Part shown: positions 1-10,473 of the stretch, in pieces
Numbering within the stretch: the stretch's first letter is position 1
Layout: each line of letters begins with the position of its first letter
Assembly (NCBI GenBank): GCA_046563655.1
Contig: CM102289.1
Coordinates: forward strand, 4,526,001-4,590,000
Source: Yuukianura sp. NJ FZ-2021
Taxonomy: Eukaryota
Length of the DNA stretch: 64,000 bases
Direction of reading: 5' to 3'
Program-made: the position numbers and the translations under genes
The notes under the pieces: model-generated
Database searches by the model: none
What the model was told of the DNA's origin: nothing
What the model saw: the letters and a program-made list of their open reading frames with translations, nothing else

Positions 1-538
1 ATAGCATTTCATCAGTTTTATTGTTTTTCGTATTTACAATCTGAATGAACAGAGTTGCAAAAGTTCACAGAAATGCAAAAGTGAAATATTTCATAGAATT
101 GAAATTTTCACTGAATTAAGCAATAATAAAATAGTATGTTCGAGTGCAATATACCAACACCGTCCGTCGATGCGTTCTTTTTTACACTTGATTGCGTATA
201 TTTCATTTGTCTCACTTTTTACATTTTTTTCAGCTGCTGGATTGCAAAAAAACGTAAATGGCCAACTCTGTGAGTGACCAACTACGCGTCACAAATTCGT
301 CCGAACTTAACTATCTTACGTTCATAATATGTTAGGTAAAGAATTAACAGGTAAAGAATCTAAATTATTGACATTTTAGTTCTGGTAAAGTGATATTTTA
401 TGGATACATATATCTCGTGGGAGCCAAAATTTAAGTCCGATTCGAATTTGGTGGGCGATAAAGTAGACTTTCCCATTCTCGTAAAATAGGCGAATCTTCG
501 AAATCCTAATATTCAAGTTCCAATTTGCGAGTCGGTAG

Positions 539-1494
539 TTACTGCTGCAGGCAATTTTCTATTTCGCGTCTGTGATCCCTACGAGCAACCGTATTATTGC
601 TTAATCTTTCCAATTCCACTTCCGTATTGTGTTTAATTCTTCTTTCTTCCACTTTGGCCATGATTTTGGCAGCTTCTAATTGGTTTTCCATTTGTTTCGT
701 CAGTTCTCTGCTTTCAATTTTCCTCTAAAAGACAAAAGAAGGGGAACATTAGTAATTAACCAGATAATACACCGAAATGAAATGTTTGTGATTTTGAAGA
801 ACTAAAAGACTTTACCATCTCAACTTGAGTTTTACACTCTCCTTCATATTTCATGAGTTCGTGCTGATTGGACAGAATACGAACTTGACCCTGCTTGTAA
901 GTCTTATAAATTTCACATCCGTACCGCATCACAATATATGTAATTGCAACAGAAGAAGTTGCAACAATCATGGCGGTAGAGAAGAGACATTGCACCTAAG
1001 AAAAAATAAATTGAAAAATTGTTTAGTCTTTTCAATGAAAAGTTTTCAGTAATTAATGTAACTTGCAAATCTTTTAAACTAATACTTCATTTTTTAAGGA
1101 CTCACAATATAAAGCGAAACGCCGGAGAGAGAAATAATTCCAAGGTAAAAAAGGGGAGCCGGTAATCCTTCTGCACTGAATTTTCCGTTGTCTTCGATAT
1201 TTTTGACGACTTTAATTCCGTTCTTTCCGTTTTGTTTGGAGGCTACTGCACTCATGATGCTTTGATTTGGAGGAGGTGCGTCAGGAAGACTTTCTACATG
1301 CTACAGACGGATTGAGAATGAAACCAAACTGGAGAATTTGCAAATGGTTTTCACATAAATTCTAGCTTTGCTTATGGTGCATAGTTGGGCTTTGGGGAGG
1401 ACTGGGTTACCATAAGGTTTGTATCGTATCCTTCGTTGCATCCGCGACGTAAAATGTGAACCCGTCCGCAAGATGCTTTATGTCCGCACTTCAT
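539..1494 (-). CDS. Hypothetical protein with two hydrophobic segments and a C-terminal coiled coil (4 exons; start uncertain)
   Basis: Phase-consistent spliced ORF: (MKCGH...)NLM|HVESLPDAPP...LFYLGIISLSGVSLYI|VQCLFSTAMIVATSSVAITYIVMRYG...VEM|RKIESRELTKQMENQLEAAKIMAKVEERRIKH...CLQQ* with GT-AG introns; stop at 539-541. No family recognised. Confidence 0.6.
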
Positions 1495-2092
1495 GTGAAG
1501 AGGTGGTAAAAATATTGCATATCATATCAACTGGTTATTGGCTGGAGGTTTTTGGTTAGAATAAGTTGCGATGGTATCTCTTCCATTGAACTACAAATTT
1601 CGTTGAATTACAACTTTAGTTGTAATTCGACTTTCGTTGTAGGTTGGTTTCGGGGAAATTCATTCCGGGAAATTCGCTTCGTAATCCATTCGATGAAATG
1701 ACATGGAGCTTACTGAAACTACGAAGGCGCATCGCACCATCCACGCTCGCAAGTTGCTACGATCCTAGTTAGTCTAAAAATTCCGGGGATTTCATGGAGT
1801 CATACTTTTAGTGAGTCCCTTATATTCGGTATTCGGTATACGTGCTCCGCTACTGCTCAGCTCACATGTGTTTTTGGTGGAGTACTAACTTCAATCCCCT
1901 CCTTTTCAATGTTATTTTAGGCAGTAGTGCCTCAATTCCTCTACTTCATTTGGGAAAGGGCGAAGCGATAACTTTGTTTGACTTAATTCTAAAACACGAG
2001 TTCTATAAGATTTGAACTGGAGATCCTACTGGTCAGGAATCCGGAAACGCATCGGTATTACATTATCGTGATTTAGGTAAAGTTAAATTCCA

Positions 2093-5000
2093 ATGGTTGA
2101 AATCAGAGAGGTTAACGATGGAGATCGGGACGAAGGCGCCAGTGTCGATAATGCTGAAGTTGACGATGGTCAAGTTTCGACTGTTGATGAAGGAGTTGTC
2201 CAAGTTAGTAACCGCATTCGTAATCTAATTTAGTTTTTAAGAATAAGTTCTTCGTTACCTTAGGCTGAATTCTGACTTCGCATTAGCTCGGATTAAGCTA
2301 ATCATTTTTTTTTATAATTAACGTATACGTAACGTATAACAAACGTGATCCTACAAATGCAATTCATTTTGACTAACGTTTTCATTGTTCACAATACAGG
2401 AACCGTCATTCAACCAGCAAGTGGACAGGGCAAGAGAGGCAATGCAACCTACTCCCATGGAAAAGTTCATGGCAATCGTGAAATCCTTGATTCTCCGAGC
2501 TCTAGTCATTTATTTCGTGATGTCATTTATTCGAGGAAACTCGACTCCATCAAAAACTGGATCAGCAGCCAAAGACGCAACTGGGAAGCCAGTGCCTGCT
2601 CTGCTCTCGAATAACATTTATCCTAATGGCACTGAATTTGTAAGGGATGTTTAGATAGAATTCGAGAATTCTGCAAACCCTTCATGGAATGATGTGTGAT
2701 AGTTTATGATGTTAATTCTGTTTCCCGTCGAATTTGCCCAGGATTTATACGTGTACGTTTCGGAGGAAGCACGAGGTATTAACGACTTCAAAATTGCCAA
2801 TCTCCTTTGGAACCAAAAAGGAATACGGTACGGCGACTGGTATGGCGGGCCAAACAACGACGGCACTTATGTACATAGCTGCCACATAAAACTGACAGAG
2901 GTACGAAACAGTAAGCCTTTTTGTCGGTTCATAGACAATTTACCCCATTTCTTTGTTTTGGATGCAATGCGTTAAAATCCTTAAAATGGTTCAAACCTTC
3001 ATCTCATCACGAATATCGCATCAGCTAAATATATCAGCTATTCTCATTTCTGTTTTCGCTTTTTTCTCTTTCGATTCCAGAAAGTACAAAACAACGGTTC
3101 CATTTATCTTCACACATATGTAGTTCCAGGTGGTTTCTCTCCTGATCCCACGATTAAGACGTCGTACTCCAGAACTAAAACAATACATTCTTCCAAAATG
3201 TTGAATCGCTTCAAGAGGAAGAGGTACGCCAAGACGCACAACCTAATCACAGGGGAAACTACTGCTTCCATCGCAGAGCAAGAGGTTAGCTCACTTAGCT
3301 CAATTTGAATCATGCATTTATTAACGCGACGCTGACCAGAAAATGCAAATACCCATCGCGCTGCGCTGTTGTCTTTCTACTTAGTCAACCTTAATACGAC
3401 TTGTTTATTTTAGAAAGCCAAAATAATGAGCTCAGAAATCGTTTCACATTGGCACCCAAATATGACTATCAATTTGGTGGCGGACTGGACTGCTTGGACC
3501 GCTGGAGCGGTGCCTCAGCCACTTGGAGAATACATTCAATTCATCCCGGATGAGTTAAGTTATAAACCGGCACTCTTCTTCAACGATTATTGGAACTTAA
3601 GGAAAGACTATGAACCAATCAATGAAACAATTGCGTATGTTGTCACGATTAAAATTATGAAGACGTTTTATTTTGCTTTGTATTTTTAACACCGTATTAT
3701 TTCCACAGCGAGATTCCATTAACACTGACGTTCCAACCGCTGTCAATGTTCAAGTGGCAATTGTACGCGGCGCAGGCCGCTCGATCTCAATGGAATTTAT
3801 TCCCAACCGGTGAAGATGATGATGAAGAGCAGGATACTTTGAAGGAGGCTATCTTGGAGACAAACCCGTATTTACTGGGATTGACCTTTGTTGTCTCAAT
3901 TCTACACAGTATTTTTGAGTTCCTGGCTTTTAAAAACGGTTAGTCGAAATACTGCCCATCTAAAACAGAATATAATACTCGCTTACTTCAAGTTATGCTT
4001 AACCATAACCATTTATTGTCTGTAGATATTCAATTCTGGAATAACAGAAAGAGTCTAGAAGGTCTTTCTGTGCGTTCTGTTTTGTTTGGGGTGTTCCAAT
4101 CTTTGGTTATTCTGCTATACGTCCTGGATAATGATACCAACTTTGTTATTCGGATGAGCGTTTTCGTCGGCCTCATAATTGAGCTATGGAAGATTAACAA
4201 GGTGAGGTGTACAGTAAAGAATACTATTACTAATAAGTATTAAGTATATGTATATTGTATAAGTATTATAGTAGCTAATAAGTATCCGAAAGTCTACTTG
4301 AATTTCATTTAACACCGCGTTTATAATCTGAACTGAATCGCTTATTGCTTATTTCTTACAGGTTATGGACATCTCTATTGATCGTGAAAACCGCATGCTG
4401 GGAATCTTTCCTAAATTAAAATTTTCGGATAAGGGATCCTATGTCGAATCAAGTACACGAGAGTATGACATTATGGCCTTCAAGTACGACATTACATACC
4501 ACTAGTAGTACTGAACTATACGTCTAAAGACGATGCGGCAAGAAACGTTAATAAGTTTTGACTAATACCGCACTTCGATTTTTTTTTCTAGGTACTTGTC
4601 GTGGGCAGTCTTCCCGCTATTGTTTGGTTATGCCATTTATTCTCTTCTATATGTGGAGCAGAAAGGGTGGTACTCATGGGTGCTTTCCATGTTGTATGGA
4701 TTCCTTCTTACCTTTGGTAAGAATTTGACTCACCGCACTAATTTGAGATTGGGGATAACTAACAGTCTCTTAACTAACATATTTTGTTTCTGCACAGGGT
4801 TTATTATGATGACTCCACAACTCTTCATCAATTATAAATTGAAATCTGTTGCACATTTACCGTGGAGAATGCTTTCATACAAGTTTCTCAATACCTTCAT
4901 TGATGATATCTTTGCATTTGTAATCAAAATGCCAACGGTGAGGGACGCAAATCCAGCACATTCTTTACTTTAAGTCTGTTTGGTTTATCTGAATTGTGTT

Positions 5001-5219
5001 GTGTGATTCCAGCTATACAGAATTGGAACCTTACGAGACGACGTCATCTTCTTTATTTTCTTGTATCAGCGCTACATTTACAGAATCGATCCAACGCGTG
5101 TGAACGAGTTTGGTTTCTCGGCCGAAATGTTAGAAGAGAAGGCAAAAGCGGAGAAGGCAGCCCAAGTTGTTAATGCTCCAAGCGATGTTAAATCACCCAA
5201 AGAAAAGAAACGACAGTAA
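2093..5219 (+). CDS. CLPTM1: Cleft lip and palate transmembrane protein 1 (CLPTM1), multi-exon
   Basis: Characteristic motifs HWHPNMTINL, LFFNDYW, MFKWQLY, ETNPYLLGLT, AFKNDIQFWNNRKSLEGLSVRSV, GFIMMTPQLFINYKLKSVAHLPWRMLSYKFLNTFIDDIFAFVIKMP, YRIDPTRVNEFG. ATG at 2093, TAA at 5217-5219. Confidence 0.96.
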
Positions 5220-5563
5220 GTTCAAAATTACTTCCGTGTGTCAAGAAATGAACAAGTCAATCGCTGTTAGAAAGTTGATTAGCCTAGCCCTTAAGCCCTT
5301 TATGACCAGTGAAACAATAAAGAGCCTACGAGTCTGGCTTAACATAAACATCATAGTATCATGTTTCATACTAACTCGTAATACTAGACGGGATTGGACT
5401 TCCTCAAAAATATCTCGGATTCTATTAAATGGCGGTGCAGATTATTATGGTTTTATTACAAAGACTTTTATATTAAGTGGAATACTACAAATTTTGAAGC
5501 ATAAGTTACGTAAGAGTGACATTGATATTTTTGTACTGCTGATTTACAGCGACTGATCACAGT

Positions 5564-7262
5564 TTAACCTGGACGTGGCAATACGCAGCAGCCACTCCGT
5601 TTCTTACATTCCGTTGTCGTTTGAGGGCGAATCCGAGTTGCAATGCCGACTCCGCTTTTCTTGTCTCCTTGACGCGACACAATTGAGGGAAGCGATGAAA
5701 CTGAGAATGTGCCCAGCTTTGTTGGATTTGGATTACGCTGGTAACGGCCTAGCGACTGCTTCTCCACATGTCCAGTACTGGCGTTGTGTGATGGTAAACC
5801 ACGAATGATGGTCGGAGCTGCTCCATGAACGGCATCACCTGGAAATCGTGTCACTGGATTTGCATGACATTCTCCAGCCACGAGTGGTTGAAATACCGGA
5901 TTTTCCTCATGGTCTCCATGATCCCCAGGCTGATTGATTGGTTTGAAGGTCATTTTAGGAATAGTTTCGACTTCAGCTTTCTCTTTGAGATTCAAAAGAG
6001 ATTGACGGCATTCCAGAATTTTGGTCATGACATTGGTTGAAGCAGACTTGTTCTTATGGCTGGCTGAAGACTGAGCTTGGAACACCGGAGGACACTGTTG
6101 GCCATAACCTCCAGTCGGGCACTGTTCTTTTCTTGGATTGATGGCTGTTTGTGGCCGTTGGATATTGGATGGATTGGATTTTTTAACAATTGGATTACGT
6201 GGTTTGATTTTCAAAGCGTTCTTGTCCAAATACTTCTGCACTTCGGGATGGATTTTGAAATTTCCTTTGGGATCCATATAAGTCGATTCGTCCAATTCAT
6301 CCAGCGGATGAGGTGCAACAGTTGACTGGCTTTCTCCATCCAAAGCTGAAACATCTCCGAAGTAGCAGTCTGACTCCAACGAACCGCCTTCTGTTAGCGT
6401 ATCAAAATTGAAAGTTTTGAGGAAATGGTCAATCCGAAGGACGTCATCTGTAAGCTCAATAAGAGTGTCGATATCTGCTTGTTCTTTGGGCTGCTTCTGG
6501 CCAGAAGATGAAACACTGTCAACGTCCATGTCAAGATCCATGCAAGTATGCGGCCTCCCAGTTTTCTGACTTGGTTTGGAATTTGCCAATTCTTCACTCG
6601 TAAGTTCCACAGGACCCGAGCATAGCCGAGCCACAGCTTGATCTTCACGTGTGGTGAGTCGTTCACCCGTAGCCACAATTTTTGAATAAACAACATTCAA
6701 CTGTTGCTCAAAACGCTCCGTGTCTCGAAGAAGACGCAAAATTTCTTTTTTGGATGACGACCCCGTCGCAGTATTGGCTCTTGAAGGTAAAGAAATGGAC
6801 GAAGCGGCCTTTAAGTCAGTTCCGGGAGGCTTGAGAAGATCAATGAGCGAGTTCATTTCTTGCCCTGTTGAAGTCACGCTCACTTCATTGCTCTTGGCGC
6901 GCTTTGCGATGGCTTCTTTGCGTTCACGCTGCATTCCGGCATCGGCGGTAATGAAAAAGCGCTCAATCAAGTCATCAATATCATGGCGCGGTCGCAAAGA
7001 ACGAATGTCATGAGAGCAGATTGGACAGAGTGGATGATGCTTCTTCCAAAGAGTGATGCAGTAGGAACAGAACTTGTGCTTGCATGTAGCCTCCAATGTC
7101 TGCAATGAATATTTCATTTAATTTATATATAATTTTATCAAGCAATAATCTATCTAGTCAAAGCATTGTTAAGCTTACCAAAATCAATGGATTTTCGCAG
7201 ATGATGCAGATGTAACCTGTGCTTCCAGGGATCAGTTCTCCCAAAAGGTCGTGTGTAGGCAT
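5564..7262 (-). CDS. C3HC4 RING-finger protein; N-terminal RNF8-like RING followed by a long low-complexity tail (2 exons)
   Basis: Exon 1 (7262-7179) MPTHDLLGELIPGSTGYICIICENPLIL; intron 7100-7178; exon 2 TLEATCKHKFCSYCITLWKKHHPLCPICSHDI... continuing as the ~510-codon ORF to 5564. Confidence 0.85.
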
Positions 7263-7450
7263 AATAAAGCAAGAATTAAACAAAAAGAAAACTTATTACA
7301 AGTAAGTGGAAATAGTTTAACGCTAAAGTTTTGGATTGAAATCTCCAGAAACAATGATGTGTTTTTGCTGGGAAACTTTAAAAAAAAAGCGAAACGTTAG
7401 CAGAAATAATCACTAGCAAAATTGATGTAATCGAAAACATAGTTAAGTAG

Positions 7451-7464
7451 GACTCCATGGCAAC
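7451..7464. promoter_or_regulatory. X-box-like (RFX) site upstream of the RING gene
   Basis: GACTCCATGGCAAC: perfect GGCAAC half-site and AT spacer, one mismatch to RYYNYY-N1-3-RRNRAC, ~190 bp upstream of ATG 7262. Confidence 0.4.
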
Positions 7465-7628
7465 CGTAGTTGCCGGGAATAATTTTGTAGGAAATTACGT
7501 CAGCAGTGTCGTTAAAGGCTAAACTAGTATATTTTTGAATAAGAAACATTGTAACGACTTGTCCCTTTTGTTTTGTATTAATCATTGATTAAAATCGCGC
7601 ATTGTAATTTGGGACAATTTTCTGGCGA

Positions 7629-9777
7629 CTATTCGCATGCCAACTTGCTATCGAAGCTGGTTAGGGCCACACCAAACGCCTGGAGTGGACAAAGAGGGTA
7701 GCGAAAATCCAGAGTAAAATTGTCTTCATCGATTCGTCCAAATTGGAGCAACACGTATTCAGCTAAAAATCCAATTGAAAAATACATTATCTTTATGAGT
7801 TCAGAATCCAATGTCCTTGAAATTACTTACGCTCTTGTGGGTGAATAATTTGGAAATTTTTGACCGATGGCAGCAAAACTCTTCCTTGGAAATTGAGAAC
7901 GTAGGATTGTGTATCGGAACTCCAACTCGGTGGTTTGTTACGGAGCTCTACTAAAGTCTGGGGCAAATGTCGCTGCTTCTTGGTAATTTCTAAATGAACA
8001 TAAATAAACGAATTAAAAGAAATATCCAAGGAAGTTTATAATTGGCTCGCGCTTGCCAAGAATAGTTTCTTCTTCGACGTCTGGTCGACATTCAAAGCGT
8101 TCCGATTCTCCCAGCATGGAAGGAATGATTAACTTCATTTGGCGGGGACCCTTAAATCCAAAAACGTTTGACTCCTGTTGAAAACAAAAACAATTCTGTA
8201 AATTGACAAAACCGTGAATATCGCTGCCAACTTACGTAAATCACGGCGCCTAATTCCTGTCTGTAGTTGAAGATGTCAATTCCCAGGGATGTGTAGTTGA
8301 AACGCTTCGGTGAGTTTCCGGAATCGTAAATCGTGAATTCAGTCCCGATCAGATTTCCCCGAACTTTTCCAACAAATGAATTGCTGCGTCGTCCCAAATC
8401 ACTAGGGTCAAGGCCGATCAAATAATTGCTCGTCACACTCTTCTTCCGTTTGCGTGCCGTCAAGAGCAGAATCTATTGAAATTTCAAATATCTTATTACG
8501 GTTTCCCTATAGCTTGAGTAATATGTTACTATCTTACTCTGTTGAGTCGGTTGCTGTCTTGTTCCAAGTAAAGAAAATACGTAGGATAAAGAGTGCGATC
8601 CATTCCAGCTTTGTTTCGGACAATATGGCATCGAAGCGTAGCACCGACTGCAACAGGCGTCTTGACAAATCCCTTCAAGTCGCTTAGGAGAGCGCTGAAA
8701 CTGCACTTGAGATGCACATGAGCTGAATTGCTACTACTTTTCTTTATCTGGATTAAAAACAAAACAAAATCAAAACCAGTTTCAAAATATTGTCTGTTCG
8801 TAAATTCAATTGCTCACGAAATAGAAAGCATCAACTTGTTTAGCATTCATGTTCATCCCCGCAATATTTAGAGCACTCCGATCCCCAGCGTCAAAAAGTT
8901 TCATAACAGCTTCATGGTGTTTGATCATTTCTGCTTCATCTTTTTCACCAGCGCTGGAACTACTATTTGAAGTAGATTCGTTCGAAGTTGAACTTGAACT
9001 ATTCGAAGTTTGCGATGAGGAAGCCGAAGCGAGCGGAAGCGAATCCGATGGCTCGTTCTGAGGATCAGAAGCAAATGGAAAAACCGGAGTGGATTCAGAT
9101 ACGACAAACGCGTCATCCGTTTCTGATCTCGGTGGTTTCGGAACTCCGCGTTTCTCGTCGGTTAGAACAGCGTCAGAGGAATCCGAATCTAGTCGGGTTA
9201 CATAGAATAACTTTTCAATCCGAGTACCAAATGTAATAAAATGCTAAAAATCGCTTCAGGTTTACAGGTTCATACCGGACGAAGAATGCCGGTCCTGGTC
9301 GGCGGGTTCCGGAAGGCGGAATCCCGTAGGCTGCGAAGCTGAAAAAAAAGGGTTAAAATGTGTTACATGTGCAATCATAGAAAGGAAATACAAATGTCCA
9401 AATGTCTTACATGTAGGATCCAAATTAGGAACTTCCGGGAGTCGCAATGCTTCGTCACCGTCAGCATCACCTTGCGCCATCAGCCATTTCCGGACAAAAG
9501 ATCCCTTCGGCAACTCCGGTACTACCGATGGAAGAAACTTTTCCGGCACAATACTTGATGCTGAAGCTGATAAACCCTCATCCTCCGTAGCCACAGTAGA
9601 CATGCGCCGTACATCGTCAAGAAGCGTCTGCTGAGTTTTGGCAGGTTGCACAATGATGTGATTCGTTAGATTCCCATCGTCTGGAAGAAGTGATACGTGC
9701 TTCCGGCGATCAAACAGAGTAACAATCGGTGGATACTCTCCATCTCCTCTCGCTATGTTCTTGTCCCATTTCCCCAT
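7629..9777 (-). CDS. Tubby-family protein (TUB/TULP/king tubby-like)
   Basis: Tubby domain motifs: [142 protein letters not shown]-terminal exons are low-complexity. Confidence 0.93.
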
Positions 9778-9954
9778 TTCAAACCAAACAATTGGTGTGA
9801 AGCTGCTTAAATATTAGACCAATTGACACGCGTCTTTCGTCAATCCCAGGAGACCAAAAAGGTAAAAGTACTTTACGACTACGTATGTTATTGGTTTGAC
9901 GCTACATCTCAAACAACTTGGCATTGAAACGTAAATATTTAATGGGAAAGTTAT

Positions 9955-9968
9955 GTTGCCATGGGAAT
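9955..9968. promoter_or_regulatory. X-box (RFX binding site) upstream of the tubby gene
   Basis: Minus strand ATTCCCATGGCAAC fits RYYNYY-AT-RRNRAC exactly, ~180 bp upstream of ATG 9777. Tubby is a ciliary gene family. Confidence 0.6.
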
Positions 9969-10473
9969 TATCCGGCAAGTTGACCAACTTGTTAAAAGTT
10001 GTCTCCTAGGCAGACGACGCCTGCCTATAGACTAATGAATTAAAAAAAAAGATGTCTCAATGTGAACAGAAAAACATTGAGAAACTGATCCAGGAACACC
10101 TTTGCACTCACAGAAAATTGAAAAATGTTCATTTACAAACAATATTGTTGACAGCAGGTATTAATACAAAATACCTAAGAGAAAATGACAAAGTAACAAA
10201 GGCGTAATAACTAACAGTAGTAACATTAGCACTTAAGTTTAAGTAAGACGAACCATGAGCCGAGACAAACACTTATTATTTGAGATGATTTTTGTTTGTT
10301 TGCTTTTGTTTGTCGGGAACTGAAAACTCAGTAACCTGGATTAAAAATAAAACAAGATGTCAAAAGTACAAACGTTGAACAAAAATTAAAACTTTTTATG
10401 TTGGAAGTCTAATTTTACCCAGAAAGGTTTGAGACTGATGAGGAATCCCGATTTGTCCTTTAAGCGGTGTCGA

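Noticed and set aside
5167..5556. 129-aa ORF after CLPTM1
   Set aside because: Non-ATG start, overlaps the CLPTM1 end out of frame and runs through UTR-like sequence.
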